Below, in pieces: positions 17,263 to 25,307 of a stretch of 31,257 nt of DNA. Numbering within the stretch: position 1 is the first letter of the stretch; each line of letters starts with the position of its first letter. Source of the DNA: Candidatus Nanohaloarchaea archaeon. Lineage in GTDB: Archaea; Nanohalarchaeota; Nanosalinia; Nanosalinales; Nanosalinaceae. A program made the translations under genes and the position numbers. The notes under the pieces were generated by a model. The model ran no database searches, was not told where the DNA came from, and worked only from the letters and a program-made list of their open reading frames with translations. The DNA lies in assembly GCA_042217585.1 (NCBI GenBank), contig JBDGSJ010000006.1:1-31257 (forward strand). The letters are read 5' to 3'.

Positions 17263-17714
17263 CAGGTCTCAGCCCCCAGCGCTCTTCTCATCCTTTCCAT
17301 GAGTTCGTCAAGGTTGTTTTTCAGCGGTTCCCTGTACTGCGCCCGGGTCTCGCCGTAGAGGAACTTGTGGAAGAGAGAGCGGTACGCGTAGTACCACAGC
17401 GTCTCCTGATAGTCCTTTTCATCGGGGTAACTGGTTATCAGCTTCGCCTTGACCTGTATGTCGACCTTCCCGTCCTTCTTGTCGACCTCGAACAGTATAT
17501 CGTACTCGCCCCGGGAGTACCGGTCGAAACCCTCGACCGCCTTCAGCTTGGTCCTGACCCTTCCCTCGTCGACATCGTTGAAGTACTTCTCCTCGGAGAC
17601 CTCGTCGAAACCCATCTTCTCCGTCAGGAGATCCCTCATCTCGGCGTATGCGGTGTCAGGGTCGTCGAGCTGGACCGTGGTCCTCCGCCGGTCCACCTCC
17701 TCGGTGATATCCAT
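17262..17714 (-). CDS. Uncharacterised protein, paralog A of a tandem triplet
   Basis: T-rich TATA-like element about 28 nt upstream; shared motifs. Confidence 0.82.
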   Translation of the reverse strand: MDITEEVDRRRTTVQLDDPDTAYAEMRDLLTEKMGFDEVSEEKYFNDVDEGRVRTKLKAVEGFDRYSRGEYDILFEVDKKDGKVDIQVKAKLITSYPDEKDYQETLWYYAYRSLFHKFLYGETRAQYREPLKNNLDELMERMRRALGAET

Positions 17715-17764
17715 ACAGTAGGATTAACGATAGAGAGTAAAAAAAGGATTACCAGCGGAGAGGT

Positions 17765-18301
17765 TCAGCGGCACTCGGGACAGAGCATCATCCCGTTGTG
17801 CTCCTCCAGGTCCTCCGAGTAGTTCTCGCAGCTCTCACAGACCCCGCTGGAGGTCTCCGGGGAAGACGGAACGGTTTCAGGACCCTCGAACTCGGATTCC
17901 TCGGACATGACCTCGGCGAAACCGGGCCACGCCCTCAGGATGTCGCTCTGGGTCACGATACCGACCAGCATGTCGCCCCGGACCACGGGGACCCTTGAGA
18001 TGCTGTTCTGGACCATCGCCATGGCGACGTCGTCAAGCAGTTCGTCCTCCTCCGCGACGATGAGGTCCGAGCTCATTATCTCCTCGACCGAGGTCTGCCT
18101 CGGGTCCAGTCCCTCGGCGGTGACCTGGTAGGCTATGTCCCTGCACACGACGACACCTACCGCGTCGCCCTCATCGACTACGACAAGGCCTCTTATGTCC
18201 TCCTCCTTCAGCTTGTTGGCGGCCTCCACAACATTAGCGTCGTTTTCGATGGCTATTACGCCTTCAGTCATTACCTCCTTGAGCTCGACTTCAGATTCCA
18301 T
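17765..18301 (-). CDS. CBS-pair protein with C-terminal zinc ribbon
   Basis: Two CBS repeats (KEVMT...IRGLVVVD...GVVVCRDI; EEIMSS...ISRVPVV...GIVTQSDI) and GVCESC...LCPECR. Confidence 0.92.
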   Translation of the reverse strand: MESEVELKEVMTEGVIAIENDANVVEAANKLKEEDIRGLVVVDEGDAVGVVVCRDIAYQVTAEGLDPRQTSVEEIMSSDLIVAEEDELLDDVAMAMVQNSISRVPVVRGDMLVGIVTQSDILRAWPGFAEVMSEESEFEGPETVPSSPETSSGVCESCENYSEDLEEHNGMMLCPECR

Positions 18302-18342
18302 ATGACGGGATAACACCTTGAACTCTAATAATGTTTCGGTGG

Positions 18343-21300
18343 CTACGAGAACTGCCTGAGCCCTGTCTGCCTCTGATCCTTGCCGAACAGGCTCTGGATG
18401 GTCTTGTCAAGCATCATGACCTGCTGCCTCATGTACGGGGAGATCTCGAACTCGTCGATTATATCCTTCGACGGCTGCATGTACTTCTTGATGGTCCCCT
18501 CCGATATAGTCAGGAGGACCTTCCCTCCGCACTCGGGGCACTGGGCCGTGGTCTTCCCCGTGGGGGCGATGGTCTGGTTGGTCATCGGGACCCGTCGGAA
18601 CTTCTCGTTGCAGTCCACGCACCTCATCTTCTGGGAGGAGAAACTCCTGAGGTTCCCCTTTATGTCCGGTATGAAGTGCTTGTCGAGAAGCAGCTCGGCG
18701 ACCTTGTCCTCGTCGACCGCCTTCGTCTTCTTCCCCAGCCCGAGCTGTGACTCCGTCTTCTCAGACATGTCGTCCAGCGTCACGTACTCGCTCTGCGTCG
18801 GACCGTTCTCCACGTTGCTGGAGTCGTGGGTGTAGCCGTGCTGGAACGGCTCGTCGCTCTCCACTATGTCCTCGCCTATCTGTATCTCCGTGTCGAGGTC
18901 CCACGGCTCCTTGTACTCGAGAGTCTCCCTGTAGAAGCTAAGCGGGTACTCGTCCACGGTCTCGATCGCCCAGGCCTCGTCGTCGATCTCGTCCGGGTTC
19001 AGGACCGTCGAAAGGATCAACGGGGCGTCCATCGTCCTCGCACCGGTGATGTCCGGGAGGAACTGGCGGGAGAAGTTAAGGAGGCCATCCATCAGCAGCA
19101 GGATCGCGTCCTCGTCCCCGTCAGCGTTCCTCCTCTTCGCTGCGTGCCAGTACGGATGGGAGTAGATCCCCTTCGCATCTGTGAAACCTATTATCCTTCC
19201 AACCGTCCCGCCCGACGTGTGGGGCGCGAGACCGATGACGAGCTCGCCGACGAGGTCCTCCTTCTCCTCGACATCGTAGTACGGCTCAAGGCCGTAGAAA
19301 TCCTCCAGAAGGTCGTCGATGTAGTTGGCAACCCTCATCATGTAGTCGGAGGCGGTGAGGGTCTTCTCACCGTCCGGTATGATTATGTCCTGCGGCTTGA
19401 GCGCTAGGACCTGGTCCTCCCGGGTGAGCTCTTCGCCGTCGACGTCCTCCGTGTAACCTATCTCCCTCAGCTTCTCCACCGAGACGCTGATCTCCTCCGG
19501 CGTGAAATGTGTCATCGGAAGGTCCGAGGCGTCGTAACGGACCGTGCCGTCCTTGTTGACGTAGAGATCGTACTTCTCCCTCAGCAGTCCTTTCTCGATG
19601 GGCTCGACGTGCTTGTGCTTCGAGCTCATCCCACGCACCGATTTCAGGAGTTCCGGCAGCTCGTCCAGTCCGAGGTTCTCCATCGCGTCATCGACCATAG
19701 ACTTCACGTCTATATCCGTGGAACTGTAACGCGAGAACCGGTCGGAGCCGCATGAATCGCATTTCTCCGGCTCCTCGTCGTACCTCTTACCGCACTCCCC
19801 GCACACAAACATCGGCTCCGCGGGGACCCCGCATTCACGGCAGTAACCGAAATGAGTGGTCTCGCCGCACTCCGGGCACTGGTTGTGGATTATCCCCTGC
19901 CTGACGATACCCTCCTCGCCGTTGACCGTGTTGTCGTAGGACGCCATCAGGTTCCTCATCCTTCCGCCCTCCTTCTTCCCGCACGGGAACAGAAGCTGGG
20001 GCTTCCCGTCGATGGTCCTCCTCTCCGCCTTCTCCGGCCTCCCCATCCTCGCACCGAGGTAATGTGGAGCCTGTTCACGGACCTCGACGCCCGAGACCTC
20101 CTCGATGAACTCCGGGATGTCCTCGCCGGACTCGATCCCATCCAGGAGGTCCGAGTTGTCCTCTTCCGGCCTGAGAAGACCTTTCAGGACCTTCATGTCC
20201 TCCTCACGGAGCTTTATCTGCCCGTCCTGTTCTTTATGCTCCACAAGTATGTCTTCGAGACATCTCTTCACCTTCGGACCTTCAAGCTCTCCCTCTCTCA
20301 GCGACCTGTAAAGGGCCCGGAACTTCCCGGGCGAGGTCTCCCTCCAGTGGTAGGTCCAGCGCGGATGCATCGGGACGCCGGTGGCCTCAGTTATCCTGAA
20401 CGCCTCCTCGGGCGAGGGATCGCGGTCCGAGAAATCCCTTCCCAGCTTCATGTCCTTCTGCTCCAGCGCCTCCTCCAGCTCCTTCTCCCACCACTCGGAG
20501 ACGTAAGGGGATGGAAGCAGTTCCTTGCCGTTCTCTATGAACTCGCCGTAGGTGACCAGCATGTCGCCGAGGAACAGTATCTCCTCCACGCGGTCCTCAA
20601 GTTCGCGGGCCTCCTCCCGTGAATCCACGCGGCGGACCTCGCCACTCTCAAGCCTCACCACCGGCGGATGTATATCGTCGCACGGCGTACCGACGGTCGC
20701 CTTGCCGGGGTACTCGATCTTCAACTGTGTGCCTGTCGCGATGAACCGCTCGGTTATCTCCATGGTCGCCGGGTGGAAGGACGTCGCCGCCAGACCGTTG
20801 GTCCGGGAGTGGCCGTAACGGAGCCTGAACCCTCCCTTCCTGCCGGGATGGGCGAAGACCGGTCTCCCCGCGGTCAGGGAGCCGAGGTACTTGTCGCTCG
20901 GAGTGTACTCCTCTTTATCCTCCTCTCCCCCGTCGTCCTCCCCGTCGTCCCCGCCGTCGGAATGGATCTCCTTCTGGAGCTCCAGGTAGTCCTCTATCCA
21001 CTCCCAGTGCTCCAGACCGAAGTCCTTCCCCCAGTTCTTTATCCTCTTCTTGATCTTCGGGGCCTTCAGCGGAAGTCCGTCGAGGTACACGAGACACATC
21101 CCGCCGCGTATCTGGTTGGTGTCGATCAGGTCCAGGTCCTTGTAGTTGGAGACCTCTATCTGCTCGGTGGGCGACCCCGTGACCTCCACCGGAACGTTGC
21201 TCGCGATCTTCTCTGTCTCCTCCCTCTCGGGGTAGTACTGTTTCGCGGTCACCCTGTTGTAGTAGTCATCGACCTCGGTCGCGTAGCGCTTGACCACGTT

Positions 21301-21846
21301 CTCCGACGGCTTGAACTCATCGAGTCCGACCCCCTTCCTGACGTAATCCGCGAGGAGGACTGACATCGCACTGGCGGTTCCGCCAGCGGACCTGATAGGT
21401 CCTGCGTAGTAGACAGCGATATACTCCGAGCCGTCGCTGTTCTCACGGATCCTCACGTCGCTTATACCCTCCAGCGGCGCCGTAGTTATACCTCCGGTCA
21501 TGTAGGAGACTCCCACCCGGATCCCGGCGTCACAGGCGCGCTCAAGCTCGTCGAACTCATGGAACTCTCCCTCCGCGATCTCCCGGGCGATGCTGAACGA
21601 CACCCGTTCATCGTTCTTGCCGTACTCGTCCTCCAGCTTCCTTATGCGCTCCGCGACACCCTGGTCCTCCAGCTCCGGGAACTTCGCGGCGATCACCAGC
21701 GACGACGCCTTCTCGGCCAGGTCCTCAGCCACGGGGATATCTACGCGCTGCTCCGGGTCCTTCGACTGGTCCCGCGCCTCTTCCGCGACCTCATACGCCC
21801 GGTCCGTCTCCTCCCTTATCCTGTCAAAATATCTCTCTACTTTCAT
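18343..21846 (-). CDS. polC: DNA polymerase D large subunit DP2
   Basis: YAGPIRSAGGT, GGFRLRYGHSRTNG, GARMGRPEKA, catalytic DGDED, RTMDAPL, C-terminal CVDC...CPECGG; no intein. Confidence 0.98.
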   Translation of the reverse strand: MKVERYFDRIREETDRAYEVAEEARDQSKDPEQRVDIPVAEDLAEKASSLVIAAKFPELEDQGVAERIRKLEDEYGKNDERVSFSIAREIAEGEFHEFDELERACDAGIRVGVSYMTGGITTAPLEGISDVRIRENSDGSEYIAVYYAGPIRSAGGTASAMSVLLADYVRKGVGLDEFKPSENVVKRYATEVDDYYNRVTAKQYYPEREETEKIASNVPVEVTGSPTEQIEVSNYKDLDLIDTNQIRGGMCLVYLDGLPLKAPKIKKRIKNWGKDFGLEHWEWIEDYLELQKEIHSDGGDDGEDDGGEEDKEEYTPSDKYLGSLTAGRPVFAHPGRKGGFRLRYGHSRTNGLAATSFHPATMEITERFIATGTQLKIEYPGKATVGTPCDDIHPPVVRLESGEVRRVDSREEARELEDRVEEILFLGDMLVTYGEFIENGKELLPSPYVSEWWEKELEEALEQKDMKLGRDFSDRDPSPEEAFRITEATGVPMHPRWTYHWRETSPGKFRALYRSLREGELEGPKVKRCLEDILVEHKEQDGQIKLREEDMKVLKGLLRPEEDNSDLLDGIESGEDIPEFIEEVSGVEVREQAPHYLGARMGRPEKAERRTIDGKPQLLFPCGKKEGGRMRNLMASYDNTVNGEEGIVRQGIIHNQCPECGETTHFGYCRECGVPAEPMFVCGECGKRYDEEPEKCDSCGSDRFSRYSSTDIDVKSMVDDAMENLGLDELPELLKSVRGMSSKHKHVEPIEKGLLREKYDLYVNKDGTVRYDASDLPMTHFTPEEISVSVEKLREIGYTEDVDGEELTREDQVLALKPQDIIIPDGEKTLTASDYMMRVANYIDDLLEDFYGLEPYYDVEEKEDLVGELVIGLAPHTSGGTVGRIIGFTDAKGIYSHPYWHAAKRRNADGDEDAILLLMDGLLNFSRQFLPDITGARTMDAPLILSTVLNPDEIDDEAWAIETVDEYPLSFYRETLEYKEPWDLDTEIQIGEDIVESDEPFQHGYTHDSSNVENGPTQSEYVTLDDMSEKTESQLGLGKKTKAVDEDKVAELLLDKHFIPDIKGNLRSFSSQKMRCVDCNEKFRRVPMTNQTIAPTGKTTAQCPECGGKVLLTISEGTIKKYMQPSKDIIDEFEISPYMRQQVMMLDKTIQSLFGKDQRQTGLRQFS

Positions 21847-21856
21847 CCTTACACCT

Positions 21857-23554
21857 TCAGAACTGCTTTACCTCCGTGTTTCGGGTTTTGAGGTCCAGTA
21901 TCGTGACCTTTCCCGGGTCCGGCTCATGCCCCACCCTCTTCTGGAAATCGGTCTGTGCCTGGAAGGTCGAAGACGCGATCACGTTCACGCCCTTGTAGGT
22001 GGCGTTCGCGTGGGAGTGAAGGTGGCCCGCAACAAACACGTCCGGCTCCTTATCGATCACGAGATGGTCCTTATCCTCCGGCGAGACCAGGTTCGACCCG
22101 TAGGTCGGCGCAAGATGCCTCCTCTTCAGCAGGTCGATCATCACGTGGGACGGGTCCTCGTACGCCTTGTCCCTCAGCTCCTTTATCTGGTCTATCTGCT
22201 CGTCGAAGGAGTAGCCGTGGTACATCAGGACGTCGATACCCTTCGACCTTATCCCGTGGAGCCTGACGTTCTGCGGGTTCTGGACCCTGTGAACGTTGTT
22301 GAAATCCGATATGTTCGGGAAGACCTTCTCCGGTAGCCTCGGCTGGGGCTCCGCCAGCCTGTTGATATCGTGGTTCCCCGGACCAATCAGTATCTGTATA
22401 TCCCGCGGGATCTTCTCCACCCATTCCTCGAACATCTCGTACTGCCTGTAGATATCCGTGACCTCGAGCTCCTCCTCCTGGCCCGGATAGTTACCCACTC
22501 CCTCGACCACGTCGCCCGGCATCACGAGGTAGCCGATGTCGTCCGCACCCTCCGAGCCGAGCCAGTCCGCGAACCGGTCCAGCCTCTTGTGAAGGGTGTC
22601 GACCGAACCCATGTGGAGGTCCGAGATGAACGCCGCCTCCACCTTCTCGTTCGTGGTCTTGACCCCCTGCGGGATCGGCAGGTCCGGACGTATGACGCTG
22701 TCAGCATAGATTATATCGCCGCCCATCCTCCCGGAGACTCCTATGACCTCGTCCTGCACGATCATCTGGCCCTCCCTGTCCCCTACCAGCGCCTTGAAGG
22801 TCCCTGTCTTGTCCTCAAGGGTCACGATGTACTTGCCGGAGTTCGTCGAGTACTTTTCCTTCACAAGACCGATGGTCGCCGCCTCCTCGCCCTCGTCACG
22901 CCTCTCAAGCCTGTTCAGGGTGGTCGCGGACTTCATCTCCATCCTCCTCATAAGCAGGTCCTTCATCCTGTCGTACCGGTCGTTGTAGTACTGGAGGAAC
23001 TCGGGAACATCCTTCTCCTCCCGTGATATATCCGCCTCGTCCAGTATCTCCACCTTGGTCCGCGTCTCGGTCCTGTCCCTGTCATCCCTTATCTCCACGG
23101 TGCTTTCAGAATCAAAGTAAGAACTCCTGTTCTCGAACTCCCTCTCCAGGTCCTCATCCCCAGCCTCCGTAATACCATCGGCGCCGGAGGAGCTATCATC
23201 CTCCCCCGAGAACTCGTCACCATCCGAAAGGTCATCTCCACCCTCTTCCTCCTCGCCCGGCCCCAAATCCTGTTTCTGTACCGTCTTCAGACCGTTACCG
23301 GCGTCCTGCTGCAGTTCAGTGGCGCCTGAAGCCTTGCCGTTCGGTTCTCTTCCCCTGGAACCTGCGTTCGGAGAACCTGACGGTCCGCCCGAATGAGCAG
23401 ACCGGATATTCTCCAGCATCTCCGCGGAGAGGTAGAGAGGTGGAGCATCCAGATCCCTTATCATCTCCACGTCAGAATCCCTCAGCGATTCCGCGGCTTC
23501 CTTGCCGACAATACATCCTTCCTTCGTTAGCTCCTTCAGTGCTTTCTCGTCCAT
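21857..23554 (-). CDS. polB: DNA polymerase D small subunit DP1 (3'-5' exonuclease)
   Basis: OB fold plus SDLHMGS, GDVVEG, PGNHD, YHG, KRRHLAPTYG, GHLH, TFQAQT motifs; ATG 23554 preceded by GGGAGGGGG. Confidence 0.97.
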   Translation of the reverse strand: MDEKALKELTKEGCIVGKEAAESLRDSDVEMIRDLDAPPLYLSAEMLENIRSAHSGGPSGSPNAGSRGREPNGKASGATELQQDAGNGLKTVQKQDLGPGEEEEGGDDLSDGDEFSGEDDSSSGADGITEAGDEDLEREFENRSSYFDSESTVEIRDDRDRTETRTKVEILDEADISREEKDVPEFLQYYNDRYDRMKDLLMRRMEMKSATTLNRLERRDEGEEAATIGLVKEKYSTNSGKYIVTLEDKTGTFKALVGDREGQMIVQDEVIGVSGRMGGDIIYADSVIRPDLPIPQGVKTTNEKVEAAFISDLHMGSVDTLHKRLDRFADWLGSEGADDIGYLVMPGDVVEGVGNYPGQEEELEVTDIYRQYEMFEEWVEKIPRDIQILIGPGNHDINRLAEPQPRLPEKVFPNISDFNNVHRVQNPQNVRLHGIRSKGIDVLMYHGYSFDEQIDQIKELRDKAYEDPSHVMIDLLKRRHLAPTYGSNLVSPEDKDHLVIDKEPDVFVAGHLHSHANATYKGVNVIASSTFQAQTDFQKRVGHEPDPGKVTILDLKTRNTEVKQF

Positions 23555-23573
23555 CTGTCCCCCTCCCACGGGC

Positions 23574-24779
23574 TCATATGTAGAACTTTTCCTCGACCAG
23601 TTCGGTCAGCTGATCCCTCACGTTGTCAGAGAGGTCAACGCTTATCTGCCTGGTCCTCCCGTAAGCACCCTTCGAGATCACCTTCGCGTTTATCACACCT
23701 AGCATGTCGAGCTCTGAGATAAGACCGGAAACACGTCTCTGCGTGAGCTCGGAGACCTCCACCTCCTCACACAGCTCCTGGTACTCCGAGTACACATCAC
23801 CGGTCGCGATCTCGTCCTCCTCCTGCGTCATCCGGAGTATAGTGTAGAGGACCAGCTTAGAGTGCTTAGGCTGGCTCTTAACCGTCTCGACAATCCTGTC
23901 GCGCTCGATCTTCTCCTGAGCTTTCTCGACGTGGTCCTGGAGAACGCGGTTGTGCTCCGACCTCTCGGCCAGTTCACCCGCGACCCTGATGAGGTCCAGC
24001 GCTCTCCTGGCATCACCGTGCTCCTGAGCCGCGAGAGCCGAGCACTTCGAGATGACTCCGTCCTCCAGTATATCATCTATGAAGGCGCGCTCGGTCCTAT
24101 CTCTTAGTATCTCACGCAGTTCGATAGCATTGTAGGGAGGGAATATAATCTCCTCCTCACTCAGACTTGACTTCACCCTTGAATCCATGTACTCGGTGAA
24201 GTTCAGGTCGTTCGAGATACCAAGGATCGATACCTTGGTCTCATCCAGATCATCGTTTATCCTGGTAAGGTTGTAGAGGAAATCGTCACCTATCTTCTTG
24301 ACCAGAGCATCAATCTCGTCCAGCGCGATTATGACAACGCCCTTCTGCTCCTTCAGGGCCTCGAAGAACCTGCTGTAGATCTCGTCAGTCGGAAGACCTG
24401 TCGAAGGGACCTCCTCACCCATCTGTCTGGCAAGCTTCGCGAGTAACCTGTACTCAGTGTCCGCGACCTTCTCCATCTTACAGTTCACATAGATTATATT
24501 GAGATCTATGTCCCTGTCGCTCGCCACGGTCTTGAGCTGGTCCGTCACGTGGTTCACGATCAGCGTCTTCCCGGTCCCCACCGACCCGTAGAGGAAGACG
24601 TTGCTCGGATCCTCCCCCTTCAGCGCCGGCGCGAGTATGTTCGCCAGATCGTCTATCTGCTCATCCCTGTGAAGTATGTTGTCCGGCTTCCAGCTGGTCG
24701 TGAGCGCGTCCTTGTTTTCGAAGACTGAATCCTTGTCGATGTAACTGGAGAACATAGACTTCAGGTCGCCCTGACTCAT
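23574..24779 (-). CDS. cdc6: Orc1/Cdc6 replication initiator
   Basis: Walker A GSVGTGKT, Walker B LDEID, GISN sensor, RVKSSL, HGDARRALDL, winged helix ISELDMLG...GRTR. Confidence 0.98.
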   Translation of the reverse strand: MSQGDLKSMFSSYIDKDSVFENKDALTTSWKPDNILHRDEQIDDLANILAPALKGEDPSNVFLYGSVGTGKTLIVNHVTDQLKTVASDRDIDLNIIYVNCKMEKVADTEYRLLAKLARQMGEEVPSTGLPTDEIYSRFFEALKEQKGVVIIALDEIDALVKKIGDDFLYNLTRINDDLDETKVSILGISNDLNFTEYMDSRVKSSLSEEEIIFPPYNAIELREILRDRTERAFIDDILEDGVISKCSALAAQEHGDARRALDLIRVAGELAERSEHNRVLQDHVEKAQEKIERDRIVETVKSQPKHSKLVLYTILRMTQEEDEIATGDVYSEYQELCEEVEVSELTQRRVSGLISELDMLGVINAKVISKGAYGRTRQISVDLSDNVRDQLTELVEEKFYI

Positions 24780-24854
24780 CTACGTCCCTCCCCCTCAGAT
24801 AGATTCGAAATCATGGTGTTTCGACCCCCGTGATAATTGCAACCGAAACCAAGG

Positions 24855-24868
24855 TTTATAATCTTTCC
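24855..24868 (-). promoter_or_regulatory. BRE/TATA box of the cdc6-DP1-DP2 cluster
   Basis: Minus strand GGAAAGATTATAAA about 80 nt upstream of the cdc6 ATG; SD-like GGGGGAGGG before the ATG. Confidence 0.6.
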
Positions 24869-24885
24869 TCCAGCCGAAAACCCTA

Positions 24886-24913
24886 CCCCCACCCCCTTGT
24901 TTCCACTGGAAAC
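24886..24913 (-). repeat. ORB1 (origin recognition box)
   Basis: Minus strand GTTTCCAGTGGAAACAAGGGGGTGGGGG: ORB dyad plus G-string. Confidence 0.92.
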
Positions 24914-24937
24914 TCAAACTGCCGAAAGTTCTGTGGT

Positions 24938-24988
24938 ATAACGGTGTTATAATACTATCACGGTGTTATCAGAATATATCACCGTTAT
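24938..24988. repeat. Three near-palindromic 13-mers at a 19-bp period
   Basis: ATAACGGTGTTAT (24938), ATCACGGTGTTAT (24957), ATATCACCGTTAT (24976; reverse complement ATAACGGTGATAT). Confidence 0.75.
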
Positions 24989-25017
24989 CTTCTGCTCACC
25001 CACCCAGCTCCATTCAA

Positions 25018-25044
25018 TTTCCACGTGAAATCAAGGGGTGGGGG
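25018..25044 (+). repeat. ORB2
   Basis: TTTCCACGTGAAATCAAGGGGTGGGGG. Confidence 0.88.
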
Positions 25045-25271
25045 CCCCTGAAAACCCTGTATTTTTCACCTTTAGGAACTAACAGATCTGAGGTGTTTCC
25101 AGGAGGTTCTCGCAACTCGGTCAGCGGAGCCTGGGAATGATCTCTCAAATCGCGGGGTGAAATAGGAACTTTCAGTCCCATCTATGGTTCCAGAAAAACC
25201 CTCAGATTTTCCTCTGGTTCTCGGAAGAATTCTTAGAGTTTTTCAGAACTCCACGACCCTTGAGAGATATT

Positions 25272-25297
25272 CCTCACCCCCTCGTTTCAAGTGGAGA
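25272..25297 (-). repeat. ORB3
   Basis: Minus strand TCTCCACTTGAAACGAGGGGGTGAGG; inverted relative to ORB2, G-strings facing each other across about 227 bp. Confidence 0.85.
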
Positions 25298-25307
25298 TCC
25301 TGTTCTG

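Larger units (their letters stand above)
24886..25297. other. Chromosomal replication origin (oriC)
   Basis: About 530-bp non-coding region next to cdc6 with three ORB elements and AT-richer spacers. Confidence 0.9.

Noticed and set aside
18343..24779. Inteins in DP2, DP1 or Cdc6
   Set aside because: Lengths are normal and conserved motifs uninterrupted; the DP1 N-terminal insert is an acidic low-complexity linker.
24776..24814. 12-codon uORF overlapping the cdc6 start
   Set aside because: Short enough to occur by chance; cdc6 has its own SD-like motif.
25095..25200. Possible mini-ORBs (GTTTCCAGGAGG, GGTTCCAGAAAAACC)
   Set aside because: Partial dyads without a G-string; not supportable by eye.
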